Shown piece by piece: positions 63,931 through 64,000 of a DNA stretch of 64,000 nucleotides. The stretch's first letter is position 1. Each line of letters begins with the position of its first letter. Position numbers and translations under genes: made by a program. The DNA is from Marsupella aquatica (lineage: Eukaryota; Plantae; Marchantiophyta), in NCBI GenBank assembly GCA_973895155.1, contig OZ316898.1, positions 6,497,079 to 6,561,078 on the forward strand. Reading direction: 5' to 3'. Below the pieces are notes generated by a model. It had not been told where the DNA came from. It saw only the letters and a list, made by a program, of their open reading frames with translations, and searched no databases.

Positions 63931-64000
63931 CTGTCAGCGAAACAAAAACTTAATTAAACCATGATGTTGATATTGTTGGTCGATTGACTCATCATGGTGG

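Overview
Intron-rich land-plant nuclear DNA, most likely from a bryophyte or another lineage with flagellated sperm (SPEF2-like and SPATA17-like genes, moss-type PLS-DYW PPR). Host genes in order: SPEF2/CPC1-like (-, runs off the left edge), plastid SecE1 (-), GH20 beta-hexosaminidase (+, about 15 exons), an uncharacterised gene (-), a disrupted PLS-DYW PPR editing factor (+), IMPDH with an unusual catalytic flap (-), SPATA17-like IQ protein (-), APC11 (-, absent from the ORF track), and the 3' end of an omega-amidase/NIT2-like gene (-). The main finding is a complete 9,853-bp hAT transposon (52618-62470) with a perfect 8-bp TSD (AACGCAAC), short TIRs and GC-rich subterminal arrays. Besides its BED/DUF659 transposase (-), it carries a convergent cargo unit (+) encoding a protein kinase and a coiled-coil RING-H2 protein. 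Splice signals suggest both cargo proteins start from one ATG, with the kinase inside a 1.8-kb intron of the RING transcript. All three ORFs have only a few lesions, mostly of the C-to-T type. A 298-bp non-autonomous relative with its own 8-bp TSD lies at 32130-32427. All family assignments come from motifs recognised by eye; no searches were run.
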